63,478 bases of DNA from a virus: IMG/VR virus record IMGVR_UViG_3300049811_000165, positions 1 through 63,478 of that record; one strand, 5' to 3'. Within the stretch, counting starts at the first letter, position 1, and each line of letters begins with the position of its first letter. Position numbers and translations under genes: made by a program. The notes below the pieces were generated by a model. It ran no database searches and was not told the DNA's origin. It worked only from the letters and a program-made list of their open reading frames with translations. This document shows positions 6,370 through 15,798 of this stretch, one piece after another.

Positions 6370-8943
6370 CTACACGAGGTACGCCCGGTCAGCCACCTGG
6401 GCCACCGGGAGGGAAGCGTTGCTGGTGCCGAGGGCGAGCCCCCGGATGAAGTACGGGATGTAGCCGGCAGCGTAGACCGCGATGTCCACGGTTGGAGTGC
6501 CCTCGTAGTTGAAGGCGTAGGTCGTGCCCCCGCCATCGCGCGAGTCGAGCACGGTCTCGGTGCCGGCCGTCAGGACCACCACGTCGGACCCAGCCACGAG
6601 CCCGGTGAGGGTCAGCGTCGCGGTGTCGAGCGCGTACTGGTACGCCTGGGTCGTGGTCGTGCTGGTGGTGAGCACGTAGACCGAGGTGATCGCCGTCGTG
6701 TTGGTCGTACCCGTGGTGATGCGCAGCTTGAGCTTGAAGCCCTTGAGCGCGTCGATCCCCGTCAGGGCGTTCAGGTCGGTGCCGAGCTGGGCGGCCGTGC
6801 GCTCCGCGCTCCATGCACTGAAGCCGGCGCCGTCGTTCTTGTCGATCTGGAAGGCGTAGGTGTAGTTGCCCGCCGTGCCGCCCGCCATCACGAGCGCCGA
6901 GTTCTGGAAGCCGGCGTGGCCGATCCGGTACTCGGGCATGGTGAAGGTGGCCGTCATGCCGATCGTGGGCATGTACAGGCGGCCAGCGGCAGTGAAGGCC
7001 GCGCCACCCGTGAGCGCCACCTGGGCGGCGGTATCGGTGGTGGGCTCGTTCATGAGCACGCCGATGCGCCCAGCCGTGGTCGAGGTGTGCGAGTCGAACC
7101 AGTGCGAGCCGTAGCACGCGGTCTGCGCCGTCATGGCGTGGGTCATGCCCAGCCCGGCCTGCGACACGTTGAGCATCGGGGTCACTGGCGCGTCGGCGTA
7201 GTCGCCATGCAGGTCGCGCAGCAGGACGCCCTTCGAGCTGTTGTCGCCCGAGTACAGGGTGGTCCGGGTGTTGGCCACGTAGACCCGCTTGACCTCGACG
7301 GTCTGCGCAGCGGCGCCGGCCGCCAGGACCAGGACGGTGCCGGTCTGGTTGGCCGAGCCCAGGCTGAGCTTCGAGGCGTAGGTGCCGATGTTGCGCAGCT
7401 TGATGTTCGCGCAGCCCGCCGCGCCGATGTTCAGGATCGCGTTGTAAGGCTGCTGGTTCGTGAGCCCACCGAAGGTCAGCCCGCTCATCGTGATGTTCAG
7501 GCAGTTGGACGCCAGATCCCACACCTGCATCCCGTTCGTGGTGCCCGTGGCCGCGCTCGGCGTGTCGTGGTAGATCGTCCCGGTGTAGGTCACGTTCGTG
7601 CAAGTGGTCAGGAGATGGCGCCCGCAGCCGATCGTGCAGTCGACGAAGGAGGTGTTGGCCACCCGAGTCAGGGTTGCCGAGCCGGTGGTGGCGTTGCCGC
7701 GCGCCACGCGCGAGGTGGAGTAGGTCCGGGTGAAGGTGAAGCCCGAGATGTCGGTGAGCGACATCACGTAGCGGCCCGAGGCGGCGAGCGTGGCCGAGGT
7801 CCACTTGCAGTCGGTGATCGTCCCGCCCGCGAAGCACAGCGACATGCTCAGGCCGAACTGGGCGTTGGCCGCTTCCTGGCCCACGCACACCCGAGTCAGG
7901 GTCATGGGCTGGGCCACCTCGGATAGCGAGAGCTGGGTCGAGATGCCCACGTCCGTCATGACCACCGAGTACGCCTGCGAGATGGACGGATACCAGTTGA
8001 GCAGGGCGCGGTCGATGTCGATCACGCCACCGCCCGTGGTGGTGAAGTCGTAGCGCGTGGCCAGCGTGGCGTTGGGCAGGGCGTTCGTGCCGCGCGCGGC
8101 CGTGGTGCAGACCGCAGTGAGGATGTTGGGGATGCGGATCTTGCAGCCCGCAGCCGGGACGTAGCCCACCGTGTTCGTGCCGTCCGAGCCGAACCGCAGC
8201 ACGCCAGCGGTCGAGGCCCAGCACACCTTGCCCTGCACCGCGTTGGTCGCAGTCGAGGCAGCGGCCACGAGGGATCCAGCGCACGGGTAGGGCTCGTAGA
8301 CCCCAGAGCCGGGCGCGGTCTCGACCCATACCGCCGGGTAGTATTGGACCGAGCCGTTCGTGGGGAGCTGGTAGGTCGTGGCGCTCGATCCGCTGGTGGA
8401 TCCCACCTCGAACCAGTCGCCCCGCACGCGGAAGGTGCCCAGCCGGTTGCAGTTGATCGTGGCCAGCTCGTCGCCGACCAGCTCGATGAAGCCGGCCACG
8501 TCCGCCCCGGTGGCGCTGGCCGAGATACCGGTCAGGGCTCCAGCCGCGAAGGCGCCGCCCGTGACCTGCTTGACCGTGATGAAGCCGGTCGCAGGCATGG
8601 CCGCCGCTGGCGCAGTGGGGGTCGCGTTGATGGCGCTCTGCACGCGAATGAGCTTGCCGCTCACCCCGCCCTGCGAGATCACTGTGCCATAGGCCGGGAC
8701 GTTGCCACTACCCCCGGTGTAGGCGATCTGCCTCACCTGGGTCGTGTTGATCTCGATGTCACCGCCCTTCGAGGCGTTGATGGTCATCGAGCCCATCGAC
8801 AGGGCTGCGCCACCGCCGACACCGTAGCGGGTGTCCTGGTCGATGGTGAACTTGAAGCCGTTCGTGTCGACCGTGTCACCCCCCGTGCGGGCGGGGGACA
8901 GCGCGTCGACGTTCGTGTTCGCTGAGAGGACGTAGGCGGTCAT
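6370..8943 (-). CDS. Beta-helix tailspike / depolymerase-like protein
   Basis: 857 aa, rich in Thr/Gly/Ala/Asn with recurring short beta-rung-like segments (e.g. NITMSGLTFGG, NIKLRNIGT, VMTDVGIS). This is typical of right-handed parallel beta-helix receptor-binding proteins. Confidence 0.5.
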   Translation of the reverse strand: MTAYVLSANTNVDALSPARTGGDTVDTNGFKFTIDQDTRYGVGGGAALSMGSMTINASKGGDIEINTTQVRQIAYTGGSGNVPAYGTVISQGGVSGKLIRVQSAINATPTAPAAAMPATGFITVKQVTGGAFAAGALTGISASATGADVAGFIELVGDELATINCNRLGTFRVRGDWFEVGSTSGSSATTYQLPTNGSVQYYPAVWVETAPGSGVYEPYPCAGSLVAAASTATNAVQGKVCWASTAGVLRFGSDGTNTVGYVPAAGCKIRIPNILTAVCTTAARGTNALPNATLATRYDFTTTGGGVIDIDRALLNWYPSISQAYSVVMTDVGISTQLSLSEVAQPMTLTRVCVGQEAANAQFGLSMSLCFAGGTITDCKWTSATLAASGRYVMSLTDISGFTFTRTYSTSRVARGNATTGSATLTRVANTSFVDCTIGCGRHLLTTCTNVTYTGTIYHDTPSAATGTTNGMQVWDLASNCLNITMSGLTFGGLTNQQPYNAILNIGAAGCANIKLRNIGTYASKLSLGSANQTGTVLVLAAGAAAQTVEVKRVYVANTRTTLYSGDNSSKGVLLRDLHGDYADAPVTPMLNVSQAGLGMTHAMTAQTACYGSHWFDSHTSTTAGRIGVLMNEPTTDTAAQVALTGGAAFTAAGRLYMPTIGMTATFTMPEYRIGHAGFQNSALVMAGGTAGNYTYAFQIDKNDGAGFSAWSAERTAAQLGTDLNALTGIDALKGFKLKLRITTGTTNTTAITSVYVLTTSTTTTQAYQYALDTATLTLTGLVAGSDVVVLTAGTETVLDSRDGGGTTYAFNYEGTPTVDIAVYAAGYIPYFIRGLALGTSNASLPVAQVADRAYLV

Positions 8944-8946
8944 GGG

Positions 8947-11601
8947 CTAGTTCGGCTTGATCACAGCGGTCATCCGCTTGCCGTCCTTGCCCGTGACCTC
9001 GATGGTCTTGCCTTGCGGCTTCTTGGAGTCGGCGAGCGCCTTGGCCACGTCGGACGTGCTCTGGTCCACCTTGGCGACCGCCTTGGTGACCTCGGCCGCC
9101 GTGTTGGCCACGCTCTCGGTGGTCTGGTCGACGGAAGCGGCCACCGCGTCAACGGTCTGGGCTACCCCAGCCACCGCCTGCGAGGTCTGCTCCATCGCGC
9201 CGGCCACGCCATCCAGGGCGGCGGCCACGCCTGCGGCCACGTCGGTGAGCTGCTGCTGGGTCTGGGCGATCTGGGCCAGCACAGCAGCCAGATCAGGTCC
9301 GACGGCGCCCGGCAAGGGTGCCGAGGAGGCGGCAACACCCGGGGGAACCGGGGCCGTCGGATCCATCACGCCGGCAGCGGCCGGCATACCGCCAGGGGCG
9401 GACATAGGTGCGGGTGGCGCCTGCACGCCTTGAGCGGCCAAGTCGACCTGCTTGTGCTGGTCGGCCTGCGCCATCTGGGCCTGCTCTCCAGGCTGCATGG
9501 GGGTCGTGCCCTCCACGGCCTGCTGCTGCGAGACGTTTTGCAGGTCCATCGCCACCGCATCGCGGGGGATGGCCATGCGGATCTGGTCGGCCTCGGCATC
9601 GGCCTTGTTGGCGGACGCCTCGTCCTTGGCGATCTTGGCCGCTGCTGCGCTCTTCTCCAGCTCGGCAGCCTCCGCAGCGGCAGCCTCGGCCTCAGGGTTC
9701 TTCGGCCCCTCGCCGCGCGCCTCAGCGATCAGCATGCGAACGCGCTCCAGCATCTCCTCTTTGCCCGGGAAGTCGGCCACGTCGATCAGCAGGTCCAGCA
9801 TCGAGATGGCGAACGTCGGGTTGAGCGGGGCGATCTTGGTGATCATCTCGTTCAGGCTCTCGAACATGGCCTGACGCATGGACGCCTTGAAGTCCTGCTC
9901 GTCGACCACGAAGTCCGCGCTCGATGCTGAGATGTCGTTCAGGAAGCGCACGCTGCCATCGGGCTGCTGCTCGGGCTGGTTGATCCTCACCCACTGGAAC
10001 TGGCGCCCCTTGGGGTCCGCGAGGCGGATCACCTTGGGCATGGTGTAGAACTTCTCGGCGTTGCTGAGCTGCTTCTGCCCCGAGATGGACATCGCCAGCC
10101 GGAAGTTGTCGAAGATCCCGCTCGTGGTGAGCGAGCCCTGGTCCTGGCGCGCCGCGATGGCCACGCCCGAGGTGGCATTGGTGCGCCGGCCCAGCAGCTC
10201 ATCGGTCACGCCCGAGCCGGACTGGATGAACTGCCGGTTCATGGTGACCAGCTCGGTCTGCCCTTGCAGCTCCATGTAGTCGCGACGGATGTCGAACTTC
10301 TTCGAGCCGTCCTTCATGACGATCACGCCGTTGGGCTTCGAGACCTCCTCAGCCATGTCGGCCAGGGTGTACTCGCCCTTGTCGTCGAACGCGCCCTGCT
10401 CGGTGATCACTTGGTTCACCGACAGCAGGAACAGCGCCTTGCTCATGCGCTTGTTCAGGTCTTCCTGCGGGTCGCGGATGTTGCGCACCAGCCCATAGGG
10501 CAGGCCATCACGCGAGCGGCGGAAGGCGTAGATCGGGGTGAAGGGGAACTTGTTGTGCTTGAACGGGCTCGGCAGGTCTTCGAGCAGGCAGTCGTCGACG
10601 AAGTACGAGCAGCGCACCATCATGGTCGTGCTCGGCACCACGTAGGAGCGGCCCTCCTCGACAGCGGCCACGTGAGCCCGGCTCTGCGGGTCGAACGTCT
10701 CACCATCGAAGCCGCCGCCGACCAGGGCCTCGACCTTGGCCGGCACCCTGTACCAGCACTCGTAGAGGCGGACGCGCTGACGCGAGGTGAAGGCGCCATT
10801 GACCGCGTCGGACATCACGGAGCGGTGGAAGCTGCGCACCTCACGCGAGTCGAGGCGAGAGCCCAAGTACCACAGGGCTGCGTCATCCTCGGCGGCCAGC
10901 TCCTCCTCGCCCTTGGCTGATCGCTGAAGCTGGGCCTTCTTGTCCGGGAACATGGCGCACGCCACGTCCAGGTCCAGGTCGCGCCAGCGGAACACGTAGC
11001 GCATGCCCTCACTGTCGACCGATCGATCGAGCGAGTCCTGCAAGACGTTGCGCCAGGACTCGGTGCCCGCGTAGAGCACGTCCTTGGTGGCGTCGGGACT
11101 GATCGAGTCCTCCAGCCAGCCCAGGCCAGCGACCACGGCGTCCTTGAACGCCGCGCTGCGCACGTAGGGGACGCGGTTGGCGTCCGAGATGTACTTCATG
11201 ACCTTGGTCTTGACCTCGGCATCGGTGACATCGTCGTCCGTGCGGGGCAAGACCTTCCAGTCGGTGCGGTTGCGCTTCTCGGATCCGATCACCCAGTCGC
11301 AGGTGATCTTGACCTCGTTGTAGACCAGGGGCGCTTGGCCACGGGACTGCACTACCTGGGCGTCCTCCTCTGTCCACTGGAGCCCGTCGTAGAAGTCCTC
11401 GTCGATCGCCATCTGCTGCCGGTTGTCGGCCTGACGGCTGCGCTCCTCGTTGAACCACTCCTTGAGGCGCGAGAGGTGCTTGCGCTCGACATCGCCCATC
11501 TCATCGGGATCCTGAGCAGCGCGCGCCTCCTCCTCAAGGGACGAGGGAAGGCCGAGCTGCTTGCTGCGCCCGGACACGCGCGGGGACTGCTGGATCGCCA
11601 T
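8947..11601 (-). CDS. Portal protein with a long Ala/Gln-rich C-terminal extension
   Basis: 884 aa. The N-terminal region has QQMAIDEDFYDGLQWTEEDAQVVQSRGQAPLVYNEVK, the portal signature D.DFY.G.QW. Its size and position are as in P22/N4-type portals. Confidence 0.85.
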   Translation of the reverse strand: MAIQQSPRVSGRSKQLGLPSSLEEEARAAQDPDEMGDVERKHLSRLKEWFNEERSRQADNRQQMAIDEDFYDGLQWTEEDAQVVQSRGQAPLVYNEVKITCDWVIGSEKRNRTDWKVLPRTDDDVTDAEVKTKVMKYISDANRVPYVRSAAFKDAVVAGLGWLEDSISPDATKDVLYAGTESWRNVLQDSLDRSVDSEGMRYVFRWRDLDLDVACAMFPDKKAQLQRSAKGEEELAAEDDAALWYLGSRLDSREVRSFHRSVMSDAVNGAFTSRQRVRLYECWYRVPAKVEALVGGGFDGETFDPQSRAHVAAVEEGRSYVVPSTTMMVRCSYFVDDCLLEDLPSPFKHNKFPFTPIYAFRRSRDGLPYGLVRNIRDPQEDLNKRMSKALFLLSVNQVITEQGAFDDKGEYTLADMAEEVSKPNGVIVMKDGSKKFDIRRDYMELQGQTELVTMNRQFIQSGSGVTDELLGRRTNATSGVAIAARQDQGSLTTSGIFDNFRLAMSISGQKQLSNAEKFYTMPKVIRLADPKGRQFQWVRINQPEQQPDGSVRFLNDISASSADFVVDEQDFKASMRQAMFESLNEMITKIAPLNPTFAISMLDLLIDVADFPGKEEMLERVRMLIAEARGEGPKNPEAEAAAAEAAELEKSAAAAKIAKDEASANKADAEADQIRMAIPRDAVAMDLQNVSQQQAVEGTTPMQPGEQAQMAQADQHKQVDLAAQGVQAPPAPMSAPGGMPAAAGVMDPTAPVPPGVAASSAPLPGAVGPDLAAVLAQIAQTQQQLTDVAAGVAAALDGVAGAMEQTSQAVAGVAQTVDAVAASVDQTTESVANTAAEVTKAVAKVDQSTSDVAKALADSKKPQGKTIEVTGKDGKRMTAVIKPN

Positions 11602-11608
11602 GCTGCCG

Positions 11609-11643
11609 CCTCTGGTAGATGAACCCCGTCACCGTACCAGAGG
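11609..11643 (-). promoter_or_regulatory. Hairpin in the portal leader that includes the SD-like AGAGG
   Basis: CCTCTGGTA-N17-TACCAGAGG gives a 9-bp perfect stem. On the mRNA the 3' arm is followed by cggcagcAUG, the portal start. Confidence 0.45.
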
Positions 11644-11658
11644 CAGGGGTGGTTGGAG

Positions 11659-11841
11659 CTACCGATCCCAGAGCGCGCGGAACCTGCGGCGCAGGCGAAC
11701 AAGGAGGGGGTTGTCGCGCCACCGACGGCGCAGTTGAGCTTGTAGCGTCTCCTGGTAGTCGATGACTTCGAGCAGCTCGCCCAGCGTCACCAGCTCACCA
11801 CGGCGCACACGATCGCTTAGGTGTTCGAGGCGCAGGGTCAT
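11659..11841 (-). CDS. Hypothetical protein (60 aa)
   Basis: Track ORF with ATGA overlap to the upstream gene. It is part of the small-ORF block between terminase and portal. Confidence 0.55.
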   Translation of the reverse strand: MTLRLEHLSDRVRRGELVTLGELLEVIDYQETLQAQLRRRWRDNPLLVRLRRRFRALWDR

Positions 11842-12023
11842 GTCGCCTCATCGATGCCCTTGACCAACTCGCGGGCCGAGCCGCTGAAGACCAGAACATC
11901 CCCGTTGGTGAGGTGGATGGCGCAGGCGTTCTCGTCGAGCCGGTCCTGGAAGTAGACGATCTTGTCGAGGGCAATCACAGTCATCAAGCCCGTCTGCTTG
12001 TCGGTGAATCGGATCGCCTTCAT
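11838..12023 (-). CDS. Hypothetical protein (61 aa)
   Basis: Track ORF with ATGA overlaps on both sides. Confidence 0.6.
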   Translation of the reverse strand: MKAIRFTDKQTGLMTVIALDKIVYFQDRLDENACAIHLTNGDVLVFSGSARELVKGIDEAT

Positions 12024-12274
12024 ACCACAAGCTCCCCGCCGTTGCGCTTGTACTCCATGAAGCGCAGGGTCAGGATGCCGTGCAGGCTCTGCATGGCGTG
12101 GAACTGGGTCACCAGCAGGGCGACGCGCTCGGTCTTCCAGGCCGGCGAGTCGCTGGGGATCTCGTCGATGAACTTGCCCAGCTTGTCGACACGCTGGCCC
12201 AGCTCGGCGTGCTCGGCGAGCAGGCGCTCGACCCAGGCGGGCTCGGGCGTGTTGGGGGCGATGGCTTCACTCAT
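12020..12274 (-). CDS. Hypothetical helical protein (84 aa)
   Basis: Start moved to the ATG at 12274, which has a GAGGAG SD. Sequence is MSEAIAPNTPEPAWVERLLAEHAELGQRVDKL... Confidence 0.6.
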   Translation of the reverse strand: MSEAIAPNTPEPAWVERLLAEHAELGQRVDKLGKFIDEIPSDSPAWKTERVALLVTQFHAMQSLHGILTLRFMEYKRNGGELVV

Positions 12275-12287
12275 GGCGTCTCCTCGG

Positions 12288-12713
12288 TTACAGGGTGGTC
12301 TCGAACACGGTCTGCCCATCCGCCTTCAGGATGAGCGAGTCCTGCCCCTTCGGGCGGCCCTGCCCAGCCGGCGGCTCGGGTGGCATGTCGCACAGGTCGT
12401 CCAGCGCCTCCAGCAGGGCGTCGGCGATCCTGTGGGTGATGAAGCGATCGCCAGGAGCGCCCAGCAGCTCCGCAGCCTTGGCCGCTTTCTCGATCAGGGC
12501 CTGGGCATTGACCTCCTCGCCGCCCTCGGCCACCAGCTCGTGAGCGGCCGACAGCGGCATCACGTAGGGCACGGCGCCAGCTAGGCGCAGGCCACGGTTC
12601 AGCGGGTAGATCACGACGCTGGGCTCCTGGTTGACCCAGTGGAACGCCACGCCGATGTCGCCCTTGGACCGCACCTTCCAGGCCGTGTCCCCGCCCACCA
12701 CGAAGCCGCTCAT
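12288..12713 (-). CDS. Hypothetical protein (141 aa)
   Basis: Start moved to the ATG at 12713, which forms an ATGA overlap with the upstream stop. Confidence 0.6.
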   Translation of the reverse strand: MSGFVVGGDTAWKVRSKGDIGVAFHWVNQEPSVVIYPLNRGLRLAGAVPYVMPLSAAHELVAEGGEEVNAQALIEKAAKAAELLGAPGDRFITHRIADALLEALDDLCDMPPEPPAGQGRPKGQDSLILKADGQTVFETTL

Positions 12714-12931
12714 GGCGTCACCTGGGGGCAAGAGGGCGCCGGGTCGGCGTCGATCCCGATCCGGTCCACGGCGTCAGCCAGCCCACGCAGCAGGGCGGAT
12801 ACCTCGCTCGTGGCGGCCAGCCTGGGGAAGGTCACGGAGCGGGACAAAAGGCCCTCCGCCAGCTCCTCCTGCCGGAACTCGACCCGCAGGTCGTTGATAG
12901 GCCCCACCGAGAGGGCATGCAGCATGATCAT
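12710..12931 (-). CDS. Hypothetical protein (73 aa)
   Basis: Track ORF with an AGGAGA SD 5 nt upstream of the ATG. Confidence 0.55.
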   Translation of the reverse strand: MIMLHALSVGPINDLRVEFRQEELAEGLLSRSVTFPRLAATSEVSALLRGLADAVDRIGIDADPAPSCPQVTP

Positions 12932-12967
12932 AGCTTTCTCCTATTGAGGTCGCGCGCACGATAGCGT

Positions 12968-13198
12968 CTAGTCTTCGGCGGGTAGCGCGACATCCCCCCC
13001 CGCCTTCCACTCCCCCTGCTGCACGTGGATGACCTCACTCACGTCAGGGTTTCCCTCCTCCTCGATCCAGGTCGGCCTCGCCTCGGTCCACGGCAGGCGC
13101 TCGACCTCCCTGGGGATCTTGCCTTCTCCCTTCTCCTTCTTTCCCTTGCTGTCCTGGTCCCCCTGCGGGGCGAGGGGCGGTAGCGGCCAATGGCTCAT
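12968..13198 (-). CDS. Hypothetical charged protein (76 aa)
   Basis: Track ORF with ATGA overlap to the upstream gene. It is Lys/Glu-rich. Confidence 0.5.
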   Translation of the reverse strand: MSHWPLPPLAPQGDQDSKGKKEKGEGKIPREVERLPWTEARPTWIEEEGNPDVSEVIHVQQGEWKAGGDVALPAED

Positions 13199-13704
13199 GG
13201 CGCCTCTCCAGCCCTCTGCTCCGCGAGGGCGTCTACAGCCACGGAATAGGCATGCACTACAGAATCGCCCATGTCGTCGTGATACTCGCCGCTCAGCGAG
13301 TCCTTGACCTGACCAAGCGCCCCTCTAAGCCGCTCAATCTCGGCGGCTTGCTGCTCGATCAGGCCGGCACGCCCCCTTCGGTCAGCAAGAACGGCGCTCG
13401 TGGCCCACTGCCGAAGGCACTCCGCCTGCTCTGCCGAGATCGCATCGAACCCGCAGTGCAGGGGCGGCAGGCTCACCTTTGGGCTCATGCCGCCCTCGCT
13501 CTTGGGCAGCCGGCGGTACAGTGGCACGCCCTTCACGAAGGTCTCCCCGCCATCGGTGGTGTAGAGGTAGTCGTAGCGGTAGAGGTGGCAGTAGCGCGCC
13601 CCGCCCACCTCGTACAGCCATACCTCTGGCTGCTGCTCCATCCATAGGCGCTCGATCTCCCTGGCTGCGCGCTCGACCGCTGCTTGCGTCGGCTCGTCCG
13701 TCAT
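13195..13704 (-). CDS. Hypothetical protein with a coiled-coil segment (Ea22-like flavour)
   Basis: Start moved to the ATG at 13704, after GGAGAGGGGGG. It contains a QQAAEIERLRGAL coiled-coil segment. Confidence 0.6.
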   Translation of the reverse strand: MTDEPTQAAVERAAREIERLWMEQQPEVWLYEVGGARYCHLYRYDYLYTTDGGETFVKGVPLYRRLPKSEGGMSPKVSLPPLHCGFDAISAEQAECLRQWATSAVLADRRGRAGLIEQQAAEIERLRGALGQVKDSLSGEYHDDMGDSVVHAYSVAVDALAEQRAGEAP

Positions 13705-13901
13705 GTCTTCCCCCCTCTCCAAACGACGTTGCGCACCTGAGGGCTTTCGGCCCTCGCCTCGGCTGCGTCCTCCTCCAGCCACGGGGGCGGGGCACTATCG
13801 GCCTTCCTGATGCGCTCCAGCTCTTCGAGCCGCCGCCTCCCCCACCCTTCGAGTTCGCTGGCGATCCCTGGGCTCCTGGCCCTGCTGAACGGGATGATCA
13901 C
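13701..13901 (-). CDS. Hypothetical protein (66 aa)
   Basis: GTG start at 13901 overlaps the upstream stop (GTGA). An AAGGAGG SD lies 5 nt upstream. Confidence 0.5.
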   Translation of the reverse strand: MIIPFSRARSPGIASELEGWGRRRLEELERIRKADSAPPPWLEEDAAEARAESPQVRNVVWRGGKT

Positions 13902-14593
13902 GGCGCCTCCTTGGATTTTGGGGTGTCCACCTTGGGTTGGCGCACAGCGCCGGACACCTCGGGCACGTTCTTGAGCCGTTCGGTCAACTCCACGAGGGAC
14001 GGGGCCTGTGCGTCCTTCACCCGCTCGAACAGCATCTTCATGCGCAGGCTGGCGTCGTCCATCTTGACCCTCATCTCCACGACGGTCAGGCACCCACCCT
14101 GCCCCGCGAGCGCGGCGTCGATGGCGGCGTCCAACTTCTCAGCGGTGTCCACGTAGACCCGGCGAAGGTCCAGCCCAAGCCCCGAGGCGCACTTCATGCT
14201 GGCTAGGACACGGTGACGATCCCTCAGCCACCGATACCGCTCCACATCCGACCGCAGCCGCGCAATCTCGGCATCCTTGGGGTTGGCCACGGGCTCGATG
14301 CGGTAGTTGCACATCTCGGTGAACTCACCCCAGTAGGTGCCCTCACCGTCGCACTCTTCCGCGTCCAGATCATCGGGGCGCTTGTGCACGTCGAACTTCT
14401 GCGACGTGCCCGTGACGGTGCCCACGAAGATGCCCTCGACCTCCTCGCCCCAGCCATCTCCGTCGAGGTACTCGGCGATGCAGTCCGCTGCGGCCTTGTC
14501 GCGCTCCTCGATGTTGTCGAAGAACTCCATGCCGTTCGCCGGCTCGTAGAGAAAGTGGGGGTGGGTCGGTGCGGGGTGGTAGAGCTTGCTCAT
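13898..14593 (-). CDS. Hypothetical protein (231 aa) with an Ea22-like ERYRWLRD segment
   Basis: Start moved to the ATG at 14593, which has a GGAGG SD. The upstream part of the track ORF is Arg/Gly/Pro-rich and looks off-frame. Confidence 0.6.
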   Translation of the reverse strand: MSKLYHPAPTHPHFLYEPANGMEFFDNIEERDKAAADCIAEYLDGDGWGEEVEGIFVGTVTGTSQKFDVHKRPDDLDAEECDGEGTYWGEFTEMCNYRIEPVANPKDAEIARLRSDVERYRWLRDRHRVLASMKCASGLGLDLRRVYVDTAEKLDAAIDAALAGQGGCLTVVEMRVKMDDASLRMKMLFERVKDAQAPSLVELTERLKNVPEVSGAVRQPKVDTPKSKEAP

Positions 14594-14865
14594 GGCGCCT
14601 CCAGGCGGTACAGGGTGGTGGTCTTGGGGACGTAGTCGATCTCCTTGCGCCGCTTCAGGAACCAGCGGTGGCACAGGAAGGCCGCCATCCAGCGCCAGGG
14701 CACCTCGGCCCTGCGCACGGTCTCCGTGATCTCCGTCCCGGTGAAGCAGAGGCTCTTGCCCACGCGCGTCGGGACGGAGAACCTGCGGCGCTCCTCGGCC
14801 ATCCACCGAACGCCCAAGGGTCGGTAGGGCGCGTGGATGACGGTGTACTCGTAGCGGTGATTCAT
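14590..14865 (-). CDS. Hypothetical protein (91 aa)
   Basis: Start moved to the ATG at 14865, which has a GGAGG SD. Sequence is MNHRYEYTVIHAPYRPLGVRWM... Confidence 0.55.
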   Translation of the reverse strand: MNHRYEYTVIHAPYRPLGVRWMAEERRRFSVPTRVGKSLCFTGTEITETVRRAEVPWRWMAAFLCHRWFLKRRKEIDYVPKTTTLYRLEAP

Positions 14866-15173
14866 GTCTCCTCCGCGAACCGCAGGCAGTAGCTCAGGCG
14901 CTTGCCCGAGACCCAGTTGCCCGGCTCTTCGAGCCACACCGGATTGCCGATCCCGCCCGGGGATCGGTCCGCCAGCTCTTCGAGGGCGCGCTCGATCTGG
15001 CCCATCATCCCGGAAAACAGCGTCATGCCGATTACGCCGTCGTCGAGCATCCACCCGAGCGCCATGCACAGCCCATCGGCCTCGCCCCATCGCGTGATCA
15101 TCGCCTCGCCCTTGGTGCCATCGATCAGAGCGGCCAGCATGAGCCAAGCCTCGCGGCGATCCATCGCGCTCAT
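14862..15173 (-). CDS. Hypothetical protein (103 aa)
   Basis: Start moved to the ATG at 15173, which forms an ATGA overlap. Sequence is MSAMDRREAWLMLAALIDGTKGEAM... Confidence 0.55.
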   Translation of the reverse strand: MSAMDRREAWLMLAALIDGTKGEAMITRWGEADGLCMALGWMLDDGVIGMTLFSGMMGQIERALEELADRSPGGIGNPVWLEEPGNWVSGKRLSYCLRFAEET

Positions 15174-15490
15174 CGCCCGAACCTCTTCAGGGTCAAGTCG
15201 ATCGCGAAGACGCTGTAGCCCAGGTCGCTCAACCGCTGCCGCGCCACGCCCAGCTCGTCGAGCAGGAGGTTGATCTTGTTGTTGCGGTCGATGATCTCCC
15301 GGCCGGAGTCGCGCACGACGGAGTTGCGCGACGCACGCAGGTTCTCGATCTCCTTGTCCTGCTCCTCGATCACGTTCGCCGCCTCGCCAGCGCGGCCGAC
15401 GATCTGGGCGACCGCCGAGAACGGGCTGCTCAGGCACTCGCACTCGGGCAGGGGCATGCGCAGCACGCCCAGCAGCATCGCGCGGCTCAT
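15170..15490 (-). CDS. Hypothetical coiled-coil protein (106 aa)
   Basis: Start moved to the ATG at 15490, which forms an ATGA overlap with the upstream stop. Confidence 0.55.
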   Translation of the reverse strand: MSRAMLLGVLRMPLPECECLSSPFSAVAQIVGRAGEAANVIEEQDKEIENLRASRNSVVRDSGREIIDRNNKINLLLDELGVARQRLSDLGYSVFAIDLTLKRFGR

Positions 15491-15798
15491 GACCCCACCG
15501 TCTTTGCGGTGATCTCGTCGCGCCACAGGCGGCGAGAGTGAGCCCCGACTCGGCCGTCCCTGAGGATCTTGGCGCCGTGGTAGGCCACCTCGTTGAGGTA
15601 GCCCAGCCCGACCTTGGTGATCTCGTACTCGACCGGCCCGTGAAGCCTCAGGGCGATCACCCGCTGCCCGACACGGAACTCGGCCAGGGCCTCCGCCAGG
15701 GCCTGCTCCTTGGCCCTGATCTCGCGGACGATGGCCGCCTCCTGCCGCCCCAGCCTACTAAGCTCCTCGATCGCCTGGGCCTTCTCTTGCTCGTTCAT
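15487..15798 (-). CDS. Hypothetical protein (103 aa)
   Basis: Track ORF with ATGA overlap to the upstream gene. Confidence 0.6.
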   Translation of the reverse strand: MNEQEKAQAIEELSRLGRQEAAIVREIRAKEQALAEALAEFRVGQRVIALRLHGPVEYEITKVGLGYLNEVAYHGAKILRDGRVGAHSRRLWRDEITAKTVGS

